A stretch of 64,000 bases of DNA from positions 25,278 through 89,277 of the forward strand of contig JAGXNO010000001.1 in NCBI GenBank assembly GCA_019894975.1, written 5' to 3'. The position numbers and the translations under genes are program-made. The notes under the pieces are model-generated. The model searched no databases and was not told the DNA's origin. It saw only the letters and a program-made list of their open reading frames with translations. This document shows positions 37,690-48,500 of the stretch, piece after piece (the stretch's first letter is position 1; every line of letters begins with the position of its first letter). The stretch comes from Promethearchaeota archaeon (GTDB lineage Archaea; Asgardarchaeota; Lokiarchaeia; Sigyniarchaeales; SOKP01).

Positions 37690-38628
37690 TTATGAAATAT
37701 CACGCTTTTTCAAATATAATGCCCCAACAACTAAGAAGATGACCGAAATCACAATTAGATAAATAAACGAAACTACAGGAGGATAGTAATTGGTTTTTTC
37801 AAAACTGCTAAAATCATCTGTTTTTGCAATTCCAAACATAACAAAAAAGAAGCCAAAATAATCTAAAATTTCAGGAACAAAAGATTCTCCGAACCATAAG
37901 AAAACCTGACCAAAATGATATCCAATGTCGACATTATAGAGTAAGTATTTTTCATACCAATTACTACCATAGAATAAGAGCGGTTTAAACATCATAATAA
38001 CAAGAAATGAAAAAATTACTAAAGCCAGCGGGATAAGTAGGACGTTTCGTGGTCTTCTAAATATTGATGAAAAACCCATTGTAATTCCCCCAAAGAACAA
38101 TGTAATAACTAAGGAATATAGAAAAAATATCCCAAAATATGCACCAATGTCATCAAATGGATTTTTTATTACAGCGAACACAGAAATAATAGATAAACTC
38201 AGAAAACTTACTACTATCCCAAATATATAAAGAGCGATAAATTTGCTTAGTACTATTCTTGTTCGATTAATTGGTTTACTTACTAAAAATAGCAACGTTC
38301 CCGTTCTTAATTCTTCAGAAATTAAAGGTCCTGTAGCACCTATAATAATAATTGGAAACATTATAGAAAAAGTGTAATACCACGTAGTAATTCCTAATAA
38401 TTGTAGTAAATGGTCATCTCCTGAAAGATTATCAGGTGGTGTAAAAGCTAAAATTAATGCAGGAACTAATACAAGGAAAAAAACAGACATAATTATTCTT
38501 TTTATAGTGCATAAATCAAATATTAGTGTCTTTTTGATTAATACTAGAGATGGTGATGAGCTTATTCCTGGAAATGGTTTTAATTCCCTATTTTTTTGTT
38601 TTTCCATACTAGGTTCGGTAGCATTCAT
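37690..38628 (-). CDS. ABC-2-type transporter permease
   Basis: 312 aa with 6 or more TM helices. It overlaps the upstream ATPase gene by 4 nt. Confidence 0.65.
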   Translation of the reverse strand: MNATEPSMEKQKNRELKPFPGISSSPSLVLIKKTLIFDLCTIKRIIMSVFFLVLVPALILAFTPPDNLSGDDHLLQLLGITTWYYTFSIMFPIIIIGATGPLISEELRTGTLLFLVSKPINRTRIVLSKFIALYIFGIVVSFLSLSIISVFAVIKNPFDDIGAYFGIFFLYSLVITLFFGGITMGFSSIFRRPRNVLLIPLALVIFSFLVIMMFKPLLFYGSNWYEKYLLYNVDIGYHFGQVFLWFGESFVPEILDYFGFFFVMFGIAKTDDFSSFEKTNYYPPVVSFIYLIVISVIFLVVGALYLKKRDIS

Positions 38629-39623
38629 TTATTATTCACATCCTCTTCCATTATTTCGATAAATATATCCTGTAATGAAGTTTCGGGCTGACGAAATTCT
38701 CGTAAAATTACGTTATTATCGATAATCATTTTAGGAATAGCCTTCTGAAGCATTTCGATATCTTTTGGTAATATATGTATTTTTTTATCATTCTCGTCAA
38801 TCCAGGTATTAGTAATAAAATCCTTTTCCTTTAATTGTTGAATTACTTTTTCATTTGAACTTGTGTCTAAAATAATGATGATGCGATCTTCTTTGATAGA
38901 ATGCATCTTTTTAATATTCTTAATAGTGTCTGCTAAAACTATTTTTCCTTTGTTAATCATCGTGACGTTTACGCACATTTGTTCTATTTCAGATAATATG
39001 TGACTTGAAACAAAAACACTCACTTCTTTTGATAATGTTTTAATATCTCCTATAATCTTTTTACGTCCTATAGGATCTAAATTCGATGTTGGTTCATCCA
39101 ATATTAATATTTCGGGTTCATGTATAAGAGCTGCTGCAATACCGATTCGTTGTTTCATTCCTTCTGAATATTTTTCAATTCTTCTTTCTCGAGCTCCTAA
39201 TAATTCTAATTTCTCTAGTAATTCAAGAGTTTTTTTCTTAGCTTCACTTCTTCTCAATCCACTTAGTTCTCCTACATAATTTAAATATTGTTCTCCACTC
39301 ATATTATCATAAAAAGCGGGATCCTGAGGTAAAAATCCTATTATTCGGCGAGCTCTTAAAGAACCAGCATCTTGGCCTTTAATACTTGCTTTACCATTTG
39401 TAATTGAGATTGCTCCTATTAACATATTGATTGTTGAAGTTTTCCCTGCACCGTTTGGACCTAAAAAACCATGAACTCCTGGTTCCATTGATATATCAAT
39501 TTTGTTAACAGCTTTTACACTGGTTTCTCCTTTTCCATAAATTTTAGTTAGTTGTTGGGTCCATATTTCTGGTGTTGAAGAGTTTTCTTTAAGCATTTTT
39601 CTACACCTAAATTTTAGAATCAA
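38625..39623 (-). CDS. ABC transporter ATP-binding protein
   Basis: 332 aa with Walker A GPNGAGKTS, signature YSEGMKQR, Walker B ILILDEPT and an H-loop. Confidence 0.85.
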   Translation of the reverse strand: MILKFRCRKMLKENSSTPEIWTQQLTKIYGKGETSVKAVNKIDISMEPGVHGFLGPNGAGKTSTINMLIGAISITNGKASIKGQDAGSLRARRIIGFLPQDPAFYDNMSGEQYLNYVGELSGLRRSEAKKKTLELLEKLELLGARERRIEKYSEGMKQRIGIAAALIHEPEILILDEPTSNLDPIGRKKIIGDIKTLSKEVSVFVSSHILSEIEQMCVNVTMINKGKIVLADTIKNIKKMHSIKEDRIIIILDTSSNEKVIQQLKEKDFITNTWIDENDKKIHILPKDIEMLQKAIPKMIIDNNVILREFRQPETSLQDIFIEIMEEDVNNK

Positions 39624-39767
39624 ATTTTTTAATTGGATGATTCGTAAGGTTTTTTATCACGCATTATATTAAATGCTTTCTAATTTGTCACTCACTTAAG
39701 CTAGATAATATTTTGAATTATAAGAAGAGCGAATTTTAAATACTCTTAGAGTTATAGTTAAAGAAAC

Positions 39768-40466
39768 CTAGAAGTCAAAAAGGTAGGCATTTCCTCTTTT
39801 TCCTACGACATTAAGCATTCCCATCTTTCTAAGGCAATAACTTATTTTTCCAGCTAATCTTACAGGTTTTTTGAGTGATTGTGCCAATTCCAAGTTAGTG
39901 AAGGGTGTTTCTAAACTCTTAGGTATAAAACATAAGAAGTCATCAGGATTCTTAAATTGTTTCCTTTCTAATATTCTTACTAATTTCTTATCATTAATAC
40001 CCCAACCTTTTCTTCTCCAGCTTACTTGGCTATTTTTTTCACGGATTTCTTCAATTTGAACTAAAAGTAGTTCTATAGAAAAATTTGGGTGAGTAATCAT
40101 AGTAGGGATTCTTATTAATTCCTCGAATATATCTATATAAGAGCAATGTTTCGGTGATAGTCTTCTTCGAATAACCTTATTCAATTGAGAATCCAAACTA
40201 CCTATCCACTTATCCCTAACAATGGGATGAACTAGATGAATTCTGTAGTTTTGAAGGAGATTTTCAAGCTTTTTTCTAATATTTGCAAAATTACTTGTTT
40301 GTATTTCAATTAGAAGATCATCTCTAACAATATCAATTACATAATTTTCAACCTGTTTTTCAAGCTGATCATGAGATTCACTTAAAAACCATTTTAAATC
40401 AGCATGAAGAGTTGTTTCGTTTAGGGTTCCTATAAAGTTGGATTGAATATTTTTAGTGCCAGTCAT
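39768..40466 (-). CDS. Hypothetical protein; possible PD-(D/E)xK-like nuclease core plus a C-terminal wHTH
   Basis: 232 aa. The stretch ..VIDIVRDDLLIEIQTSNF.. resembles a D...E-x-K/Q restriction-endonuclease-like motif. This assignment is weak. Confidence 0.3.
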   Translation of the reverse strand: MTGTKNIQSNFIGTLNETTLHADLKWFLSESHDQLEKQVENYVIDIVRDDLLIEIQTSNFANIRKKLENLLQNYRIHLVHPIVRDKWIGSLDSQLNKVIRRRLSPKHCSYIDIFEELIRIPTMITHPNFSIELLLVQIEEIREKNSQVSWRRKGWGINDKKLVRILERKQFKNPDDFLCFIPKSLETPFTNLELAQSLKKPVRLAGKISYCLRKMGMLNVVGKRGNAYLFDF

Positions 40467-40586
40467 GTACTTATTATTTCATTTGAAAAAATTAAGTAAA
40501 AGACTTACAATTTGTATTAAAAAAGACAATATTATCTAGAGATTATTGATTTATCCTCAAGATGAGAGTGAATTATATTCAGGATA

Positions 40587-41402
40587 TTATAAACCAATCA
40601 ATTCTTTTAATTTGTTAAACTCATCTTCTTGAGCCCTTTCCATATCATTTTGCTCAATATCAAATTCTTGATCCCATTTCATCTTTTTTAATTTTTCATC
40701 AACTGATAAACCTAGTTCAGTTATATAATAACTTTTAGCAGGTGAAAATTCTCTTAGAAATCCCTTTTTTTTAAACTCGGTAAATAGTTGCCATCCTTTC
40801 CCCTGAGTGCATTTATTTAGATAATTAAGTATTTTTTTATGAATAATCCCATCATTATCTTCAGTTCTTTTGTTAAAAATCATTTCTTTATCATTCCGAA
40901 TGAACATTAAAAAATCATGAAGAGGATCATTTTGTTTTTTCTCTTGTAATTCCCCAACAATATTATTGTAGTCTTCTTTTTCAATTTCCATAGAATCCAG
41001 GTGTCCTATAGATTTTTTGGCAAATTCAAGGCAAGTATGTAGTTTTTCTTCATAATCTTCGCAGCCTTCTTCAGGGGTTAAATTTTCCGTCAGTTCAATA
41101 AGTTCATTTTTCTTTCTTTTCCTTCTCCAAATCTCAACTTTTAGAAAATCAATCTTCTCTTGATGTTTTTCATAAAAATAATTCTCCAATTTATCAAGAT
41201 AAAAAATATAAGTTTTTACAGCTTCTTTATCGATTATTAATCCTTTGTCTAATAAAGGTCGAATTTCAGCATATTTTCTATTAATATCTCCTAAAAATAC
41301 TGAAATTTTCTCAGAAGATCTCTTAAAATAACTAATTAAATCAATATTTTTTACATCATCGTTAAAGATCATCTCTATACTTGATTCAAGAGATTCTTCC
41401 AT
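40587..41402 (-). CDS. Hypothetical protein
   Basis: 271 aa, charged and helical. I recognise no motif. Confidence 0.3.
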   Translation of the reverse strand: MEESLESSIEMIFNDDVKNIDLISYFKRSSEKISVFLGDINRKYAEIRPLLDKGLIIDKEAVKTYIFYLDKLENYFYEKHQEKIDFLKVEIWRRKRKKNELIELTENLTPEEGCEDYEEKLHTCLEFAKKSIGHLDSMEIEKEDYNNIVGELQEKKQNDPLHDFLMFIRNDKEMIFNKRTEDNDGIIHKKILNYLNKCTQGKGWQLFTEFKKKGFLREFSPAKSYYITELGLSVDEKLKKMKWDQEFDIEQNDMERAQEDEFNKLKELIGL

Positions 41403-41565
41403 GATCGATCGTATAGTATCACCGCAATTTAAAAATATTTTTTAGTTTGATAGTTTTTGCGCTAAAAAAGATCCTAAATATACGGGAAATATTTTTTTAA
41501 CATTTTTAAGCAATAGAGAATAAGAAAAACTAAATAACAATTAATTAATAGAATTTGGTGATTTA

Positions 41566-42051
41566 TTGAACGAACAATTCATAAAAGATTTATCTAGTGG
41601 GATAAATGGATTTTTAACTCACCTAGAACCAATGAAAGCAGTTGAAGGATTAACCCCAAGTACTGCAAGAAAGAAACCTTCCGATAAATATCATTCTTGT
41701 TGGGATTTATTGCATCATACTGTTTATTGGCAGGATATTTTACTAAAGAATCTTGACGGGAAATTCATTGATTGGATGACACTTGGTAATGAAGACAACT
41801 GGCCGTCTAATGAAAAATTAAGTAAGGATGAGTACTTCCTAGAACTTGTTAAAAAGTTTAAAAAAAATCTTGAAATAACTGCTAATAAGCTTGAGAATAT
41901 TGATTTGATGGAAAAAATCAAGATTGGTCCAGAACATACTCCAGACGTCACAAATTTTAGGTTAATTCTTGTTTTTCTTCAGCACACTTCTTATCATCTA
42001 GGACAAATAGTTACTACTAGAAAACTGTTAGGAGATTGGAAAGAAGAATAA
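41566..42051 (+). CDS. DinB-superfamily (four-helix-bundle, metal-binding) protein
   Basis: 161 aa with the His triad pattern ..LLHHTVYWQD.. and ..LQHTSYHLGQI... Confidence 0.6.
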   Translation: MNEQFIKDLSSGINGFLTHLEPMKAVEGLTPSTARKKPSDKYHSCWDLLHHTVYWQDILLKNLDGKFIDWMTLGNEDNWPSNEKLSKDEYFLELVKKFKKNLEITANKLENIDLMEKIKIGPEHTPDVTNFRLILVFLQHTSYHLGQIVTTRKLLGDWKEE

Positions 42052-42190
42052 TTATTGCGCTATTTAAGTATCTTTATACTTTTTTTTTGTTTCAATAATT
42101 AAGTATTTCAGGTTCTAAGTTATATATAGTAAATAAAAAAAAAGAATGAAAAACGAATTTAAAACTTAAAATTTGGAAATGTTATTCACC

Positions 42191-42616
42191 TTAATCGTAT
42201 CTCTTATACGTGAAAAGTAACCAGAAAAAGCCTACGACACCAACTATAGTGGCAACAATTATTAAATAATTAGGCCAATATGCACCATCAAAAGATCCAC
42301 CACCCCAAGAAATCATTGTCATAATGCCTGACGCGGCCATTATGCTTAGTACAACTAACCCCATTCCCATGGCGTATTCTTCTTCTTTAAACATTCCAAT
42401 ACCAGAGATTAAACACCAGATTCCTAATAGTATTGAAATCGTACCTTGTCCGCCGAAAATAGAAAGTACTGCATCATCAACAGCCCATTCTGGGGTATAG
42501 ATGTCCGCCCAAGCTAAAAATTCCATGACTGCTTTAAAGATAAAAAGGAGTCCAATGATAATCATTAAGAAATTTAATAACTCATTTGAGTCTTTCTTTT
42601 TTTTAGTTTCGCTCAT
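42191..42616 (-). CDS. Small integral membrane protein (4 TM)
   Basis: 141 aa with four hydrophobic segments. No family assigned. Confidence 0.4.
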   Translation of the reverse strand: MSETKKKKDSNELLNFLMIIIGLLFIFKAVMEFLAWADIYTPEWAVDDAVLSIFGGQGTISILLGIWCLISGIGMFKEEEYAMGMGLVVLSIMAASGIMTMISWGGGSFDGAYWPNYLIIVATIVGVVGFFWLLFTYKRYD

Positions 42617-42771
42617 ATTAGAATCAACCCTTTAAGTTCAAAAATATAATTGAGAGTTATTGATGTAATTATCATCCCATTATTTAAACTTATTCCACTT
42701 ATTTTCTAAAAGCCTATTCTATAGGTCTTGCTATAAAATAATCTGATTCATTTTGGAATTTGAGATGTAAC

Positions 42772-44214
42772 CTAACCTAAATCAACTGCTTTATATGTCA
42801 TCATAGATTCATTGCCACGTTCTATATAGAAAAATTCGGCTTTTTCAGGTTTAAATTTTTCTTTTAAATATCGAATGACTTGTATCCCTTTCGAAAATTT
42901 ATCACATATAAAGATATCTAGGCTGATATAACCGTGCTCTGGCCAAGTATGAATTGCGGCATGGCTAGTCTGTAATGTTGCAATAGCACTATATCCATAT
43001 GGTTGATAATTATGATGATAAATGTCGAGTACTGTTAAATTTGCTAATTGCAGTGAATTTATAAATATTTTTTGAATTAACTCATTGTCTAAAAGTGATT
43101 TCTGCTTTGAAAAGTGTAACTCTCCAATAAAATGAAACCCAACAGGGAGGAACGGAGGTTTGGATCCTCTTTTTATTTCTGAGGTGTAAATTGGACCAGA
43201 AGCGAAGCTAAGTTTATATTTACTCTCGGGTTCTGCTACAGTTTGTAAGTAGTAAAGATGAGAAAATTGTCCTATAATGCTGGCTCCTTTATAATGATTG
43301 AAATCAGGGATCATTTCGGTTATTATAAATCCATGGTCTAATATTGACAATTGCAATTTTTGCATTTCATTCGGGGGTTTGTTTCCAAAACTGAGAACAC
43401 ATCTTTTACCAACTAAGAGATAATTTGTATCATTTATAGTAATATTTGATTTCAATACTTGTTTTGCTCTTTTTAGGAATAATCTTAAACCTTCATTTGT
43501 ATAAGGAGGATCCATTACAGCTACATCATATTTATTAACAATACTTTTAGGGATACTTTCTCTTAAATCGTGATGCAGAACATTAAAATTTTTTAAAGAG
43601 AGTTTGCTTGCGGAATTTGAGAGAAAATCTAAAATTCTATCGTCTATATCCACGACTGTAATTTCATTTGCTAACTTTGTCAATCCAACAGATAATGAAA
43701 TGAAATCATCATCACCTAAGAAGATAAGTCGTCTTCCTTCAATATCTCCTTTTTTTAGTAAGTACAATGTCTTTTTTAAAACTGTTGGGAAATCTGCATG
43801 AGATTGGTCGAGAGCGAACTCTGGAGATGGTCGATTTTCAAGATAGCTCTTTATTTCATTTAAATAAGAAAATTCATCAGGTAATTCTCGTAGTATACTG
43901 TCAAAGTTTTCAGGAAGAGGATCATATTCAAAATTCAAATTAAGGTTTCTCTTTACCCAATTCCTTCCTTTATCTCCAAGAAAATTCCTTTTTTCAATAA
44001 TACCGGCTTTCACCAACTCACTTCGCACTGCGGTAAGTGTAGGGATCGCTATACCTGTTTTTTGCGATACTTTCTTGTTTTTAAGAGAAGGAAATCGATA
44101 CATCGTTAGGAGTATTGATCGAACACCCTCAATACCTTCGCTTAATTGTGCTCTCTCAGCGACTAATGTAAGTATTTTCTCTATTTCTTTATTCATTGTA
44201 TAATAATTATACAT
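42772..44214 (-). CDS. Fusion protein: wHTH plus BpsA/DUF43-like aminopropyltransferase plus SpeH-type S-adenosylmethionine decarboxylase domain
   Basis: 480 aa. The middle part matches the DUF43/BpsA pattern (..LIFLGDDDFISLSVGL...ITVVDIDDRIL...HHDLRESIP...YDVAVMDPPYT..). The C-terminus (..YGYSAIATLQTSHAAIHTWPEHGYISLDIFICD..) matches the class 1 AdoMetDC core. Confidence 0.7.
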   Translation of the reverse strand: MYNYYTMNKEIEKILTLVAERAQLSEGIEGVRSILLTMYRFPSLKNKKVSQKTGIAIPTLTAVRSELVKAGIIEKRNFLGDKGRNWVKRNLNLNFEYDPLPENFDSILRELPDEFSYLNEIKSYLENRPSPEFALDQSHADFPTVLKKTLYLLKKGDIEGRRLIFLGDDDFISLSVGLTKLANEITVVDIDDRILDFLSNSASKLSLKNFNVLHHDLRESIPKSIVNKYDVAVMDPPYTNEGLRLFLKRAKQVLKSNITINDTNYLLVGKRCVLSFGNKPPNEMQKLQLSILDHGFIITEMIPDFNHYKGASIIGQFSHLYYLQTVAEPESKYKLSFASGPIYTSEIKRGSKPPFLPVGFHFIGELHFSKQKSLLDNELIQKIFINSLQLANLTVLDIYHHNYQPYGYSAIATLQTSHAAIHTWPEHGYISLDIFICDKFSKGIQVIRYLKEKFKPEKAEFFYIERGNESMMTYKAVDLG

Positions 44215-44336
44215 TTTACAATAATAATATTATACTATTATCATTATGTTAGATCTTTACTTTAAGTAATCCTTTCTAAGGAAGAAAACTTATTTAGTAA
44301 ATTGTCAAAAATGAAGATATAATTGGTGATTAAGTA

Positions 44337-44765
44337 ATGGATAACAATTTAGCCCCACCTTGTGGTATGTACTGTGGAACGTGTAGAGCATACTTATTAT
44401 TAAAAAAAGATTTATTTAAGAAGAAGGGGTACAAAACTGGATGTAAGGGTTGTAGGATTCAAAATAAAAACTGTGCTCACCTTAAAAGAGATTGTCAGGC
44501 ATTGAAAAAAAATGAATTTGAATTTTGTTTCGAATGTCAAAAATTTCCTTGTCAAAGGTTAGAAAGACTTGATAATCGTTATAAAACGAAATATAATGTT
44601 AGTTTTATTAGTAATTTGAAAAGAAATAAAGAAATCGGAACCAATAATTGGCTCGAAGAACAAGTGGAACTTTATACATGCCCTGATTGTAAAGGTGAAA
44701 TTTGTGTTCATGATGCAGAGTGTTATGATTGTGGTAAGAATATCAACCAAAATAAATCAAAATAA
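44337..44765 (+). CDS. Cys-rich protein (DUF3795-like)
   Basis: 142 aa with several Cys clusters: PPCGMYCGTCRAY, GCKGC, CFECQKFPC and CPDCKGEICVHDAECYDCG. Confidence 0.5.
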   Translation: MDNNLAPPCGMYCGTCRAYLLLKKDLFKKKGYKTGCKGCRIQNKNCAHLKRDCQALKKNEFEFCFECQKFPCQRLERLDNRYKTKYNVSFISNLKRNKEIGTNNWLEEQVELYTCPDCKGEICVHDAECYDCGKNINQNKSK

Positions 44766-44788
44766 AATAAAAGAAGAATAAAGAAGAA

Positions 44789-45460
44789 ATGTCAGAAGAA
44801 ATTTTAAACGAATTAAATGCAGAAGGTCTTCGATCAGTGTTTCTCAAATATACAAGAGAAGCATTTGCAAATATCCCACAGATGAATAAACCTCGTATCC
44901 TCGATATTGGATGCGGTACGGGAATGCCTACATTAGAGTTAGCGGCATTAAGTAATGGTGAAATAACAGGGATTGACATTGATCAGGGAGTTTTGGATAA
45001 ATTAAACCTTAAAATTAAGCAAGAAGGTCTTTCAAGTAGGATCAATGTGTATAATCGTTCAATATACGACACACGATTTGAAGACGAGACTTTTGACATT
45101 TTATGGGAAGAAGGAGTCATACATTTACTTGATCTCAAGAAGACATTAACAGAGTGTAATAGAGTGCTGAAAATGAATGGTTTCATGGTAACAGGTGAAG
45201 CAACTAACTGGGTAGATAGAAAGCTCAAACATTTTCCTAAATTTGGTTTTAATCTCATCAAGCAAATTTCTTGGGAAAAAGGATGTTGGTGGTCGCAATA
45301 CTATGCCCCATTGGAGGAAAAAATCAATATTTTACGTAAGAAGTATGATAATTTCGATGATGTTGAAGAAGTTAAGCGTCATTTAATGGAAATAGAGATG
45401 GTTAAAAAAGATCCCACGGGATTTGATTGTGTAACTTATATAATGCAAAAAATTAATTAG
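44789..45460 (+). CDS. Class I SAM-dependent methyltransferase
   Basis: 223 aa with motif I (ILDIGCGTGMPTLEL) and motif II (FDILWEEG). Confidence 0.75.
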   Translation: MSEEILNELNAEGLRSVFLKYTREAFANIPQMNKPRILDIGCGTGMPTLELAALSNGEITGIDIDQGVLDKLNLKIKQEGLSSRINVYNRSIYDTRFEDETFDILWEEGVIHLLDLKKTLTECNRVLKMNGFMVTGEATNWVDRKLKHFPKFGFNLIKQISWEKGCWWSQYYAPLEEKINILRKKYDNFDDVEEVKRHLMEIEMVKKDPTGFDCVTYIMQKIN

Positions 45461-45511
45461 AAAAAGAAATGAGTTAAAAATCCTAAATAAAATATAAGAT
45501 TATTAAATTCG

Positions 45512-48500
45512 ATGGAAATAGAGATTAAAGGAGCAAGAGAAAACAATTTAAAGAATATCGATGTTAAATTCAAAGACGGTTTAACTGTTGTTACTGGGAT
45601 TTCTGGATCTGGGAAATCATCTCTTGTTTTCGATACATTATATCATGAGTCAAATCGTCGATTAATAGAGTTATTCGGTTATAGTCGCAAATGGTCAAGT
45701 CAAAGATCTTCTTATAAATTAGCTCCAGCTAAAGTTGGGTCAATAACCGGATTGGGTCCAGCAGTTGCAGTTGGACAAAACCTACTAAATAGAAATCCAA
45801 ACTCTACTTTAGCTACAGCATCAGGATTACATCCTTTATTTAGGTTACTCTATGCAAGGTTTGGGGTAAGAACGTGTCATAAATGCGGTACCAATATAAC
45901 TGTCCTAACTCAGGATGAAATAATTAATTATCTTTTTAGTTTAGCTAGAGAAAAATCTGTTGTTATTTATTCTCAGCTCGTAAACAATTCTATTGGAAGC
46001 CACAAAACATTACTAAATTTTCTTTCAGAGCAATTTTCTACAGAAAATATATATATTGATGACAAAAAATGGGAAGGATTAGCTCTCAATCCAAGTAAAC
46101 CACATAAAATCTTAATAAAACTCGCTCAAATCGATAAATCAACTGCAGATGAAAATGTACAAGAAATTGTCCAAAGAAGTCAGATATTAGGTTCAAATAT
46201 ACTTCAAATAGAGGTTGGTAAAAAAATCGAGAAAATTACAAGAGTAAAATCTTGTGTAGAATGTGGTACATGGTTAAAAGATATTGAACCCAAGCACTTT
46301 TATATGTCTTGTCCGTTCTGTAAAAGAAAGGGATGCAAAGAATGTAATTTTACGGGGTTACATCCTTTAGCTTCGTCTGTATATTTTTCAGGTCAGATTA
46401 TCACCCAATTGTTAAAATATTCAGTAAAAGATGCACTAAAGCTTTTTAAAGACACTAGACTATCGATTCCTACAAATCGATTGATAACTGAAATAACAAA
46501 AAGGTTAGTCGCATTAAAAGATGTAGGCCTTGATTACTTAACACTGAACCGTTCATCTCCTACATTATCGCGAGGTGAATCACAACGAGTAAGAATCGCA
46601 CTCACTTTGATTAACCAATTAGAAGATGTTTTGCACGTACTTGATGAACCAACAATCGGTCAACATGTTACAGATATTACTAAGTTTTTACCAATTTTCC
46701 ACAAATTACCTGGACCCGTTATCTTTGTAGAGCATGATAGAATAGCAGCATCTGCGGCGAATAATGCAATTGATATAGGACCTGGCGCAGGAACGAGTGG
46801 GGGATCAATAATATTTAATGGTTCTCCTTCGGAATTATGGGAGTCAAATACACCTACAGGAGAATTCTTTAGTTTAAGAAAAAAAGTCATTGTACCAAAA
46901 TTAAGGCCAAAACCAAATCTCTTTTTAAAAATTGAAGCTGCTGATAAGCATAATCTTAAGGAAATAACTGTGGAAATCCCTTTAAATCGATTAACAGTTA
47001 TAACGGGTGTTTCAGGTTCAGGTAAGAGTACCTTAATCGAAGATGTCCTTCATGCTTCACTACATAAGAAAAAACCAATCGGTTGCGGAAAGATTAATGG
47101 ACCATCTTTAAAGTCAGTAATGGTTGATCAGAGCCCTATTGGAAAAAATCCCCGCTCAAATCCAGCTACCTATACAAAAATATCAGAAATTATAAGAAAA
47201 CTATTTTCAAAAGAAACAGGTCTTAGTGCTTCTCACTATTCATTCAATAGACCAGAAGGTGCTTGTCCTACTTGTAAGGGAATGGGTGCTCTGGAGATAA
47301 GGATGCGGTATATACCTTCATCTTGGATCTCTTGTCCAGACTGTAAACAAGCACGATTTAAGGAAAAAGTTCTAAAGAATAAAGTAGTTTTCGGTGATAA
47401 ATCATATTCTATTTCTGAATTCTATAATTTATCTGTATCTGAGATTGCTGATTTAATAGAAAATGAAAATCGTTTATCTTCTAACGATTTACAAAAGTTG
47501 AAAGAAATGTTAAAGACTCTTAAAGAGATCGGTTTAGGGTATTTATCCCTTGGACAACCAAGTCCATCTTTATCGGGAGGAGAGGCTCAACGTATTAAGT
47601 TATCAAAATACTTAGGAAAAACATCTCTAATAAATCAGATAATTATATTAGATGAACCAAGCACAGGTCTTCATCCTCAAGATTTGAAGGGATTACTAGT
47701 AATCTTAGATCGATTAGTTAGAGCAAGAGCGACAGTTATCATTGTAGAACATAATTTGGATGTCATTAAAGCAGCAGACTGGGTTATTGATCTTGGTCCT
47801 GGAGCTGGTGATGAGGGGGGTAATATAATTTACTCTGGTCCTATTGAAGGATTATTAAAATGTAAAGATTCAAAAACGGCCAAAGCTTTGAAACTCGATG
47901 AATTAATAACACCAAGTTCAAAAAGAGGGAAAAAAAAACTACTCGATAAAATCACAATCAAAAATGCCCACATTCACAATTTGAAGGGAATCGATGTTGA
48001 ATTCCCAAAAAACGCAATTAATGTAGTTACTGGTGTTTCTGGAAGTGGTAAGTCTAGTTTAGTGAGTGATGTAATCGAAGCTGAAGCCAAACGTCGCTTT
48101 TTTGAAACCTTATCCATGTATGAGCGCCAAGGGATTCGTGGGGGTCCTGAAGTACTGGTAGATGAAATATCTGGTTTAGGAGTTACTTCTCATGTTATAT
48201 CAACTAGAGCACTGCATTCACGTTTTTTCATGATAAGGAATACAATAGGAAAGGCTACAGAAATTTCCCTTCATATTGCAAATTTATTAGCGTATGTTGG
48301 AGAAATTAATTGTCCAAAATGTGGAGTTTTAATGATACATAAGACAAAGATGGTATGTGATAAATGTAATACCATCATTAAATTACCCAATCCTATTCAT
48401 TTTGATCCCGCATCATATCAAGCAGCATGTCGAAATTGCCATGGTATAGGAACTGTTAACGTCCCACAACCAGATAAGCTAATTATTAATCCGGAAAAAC

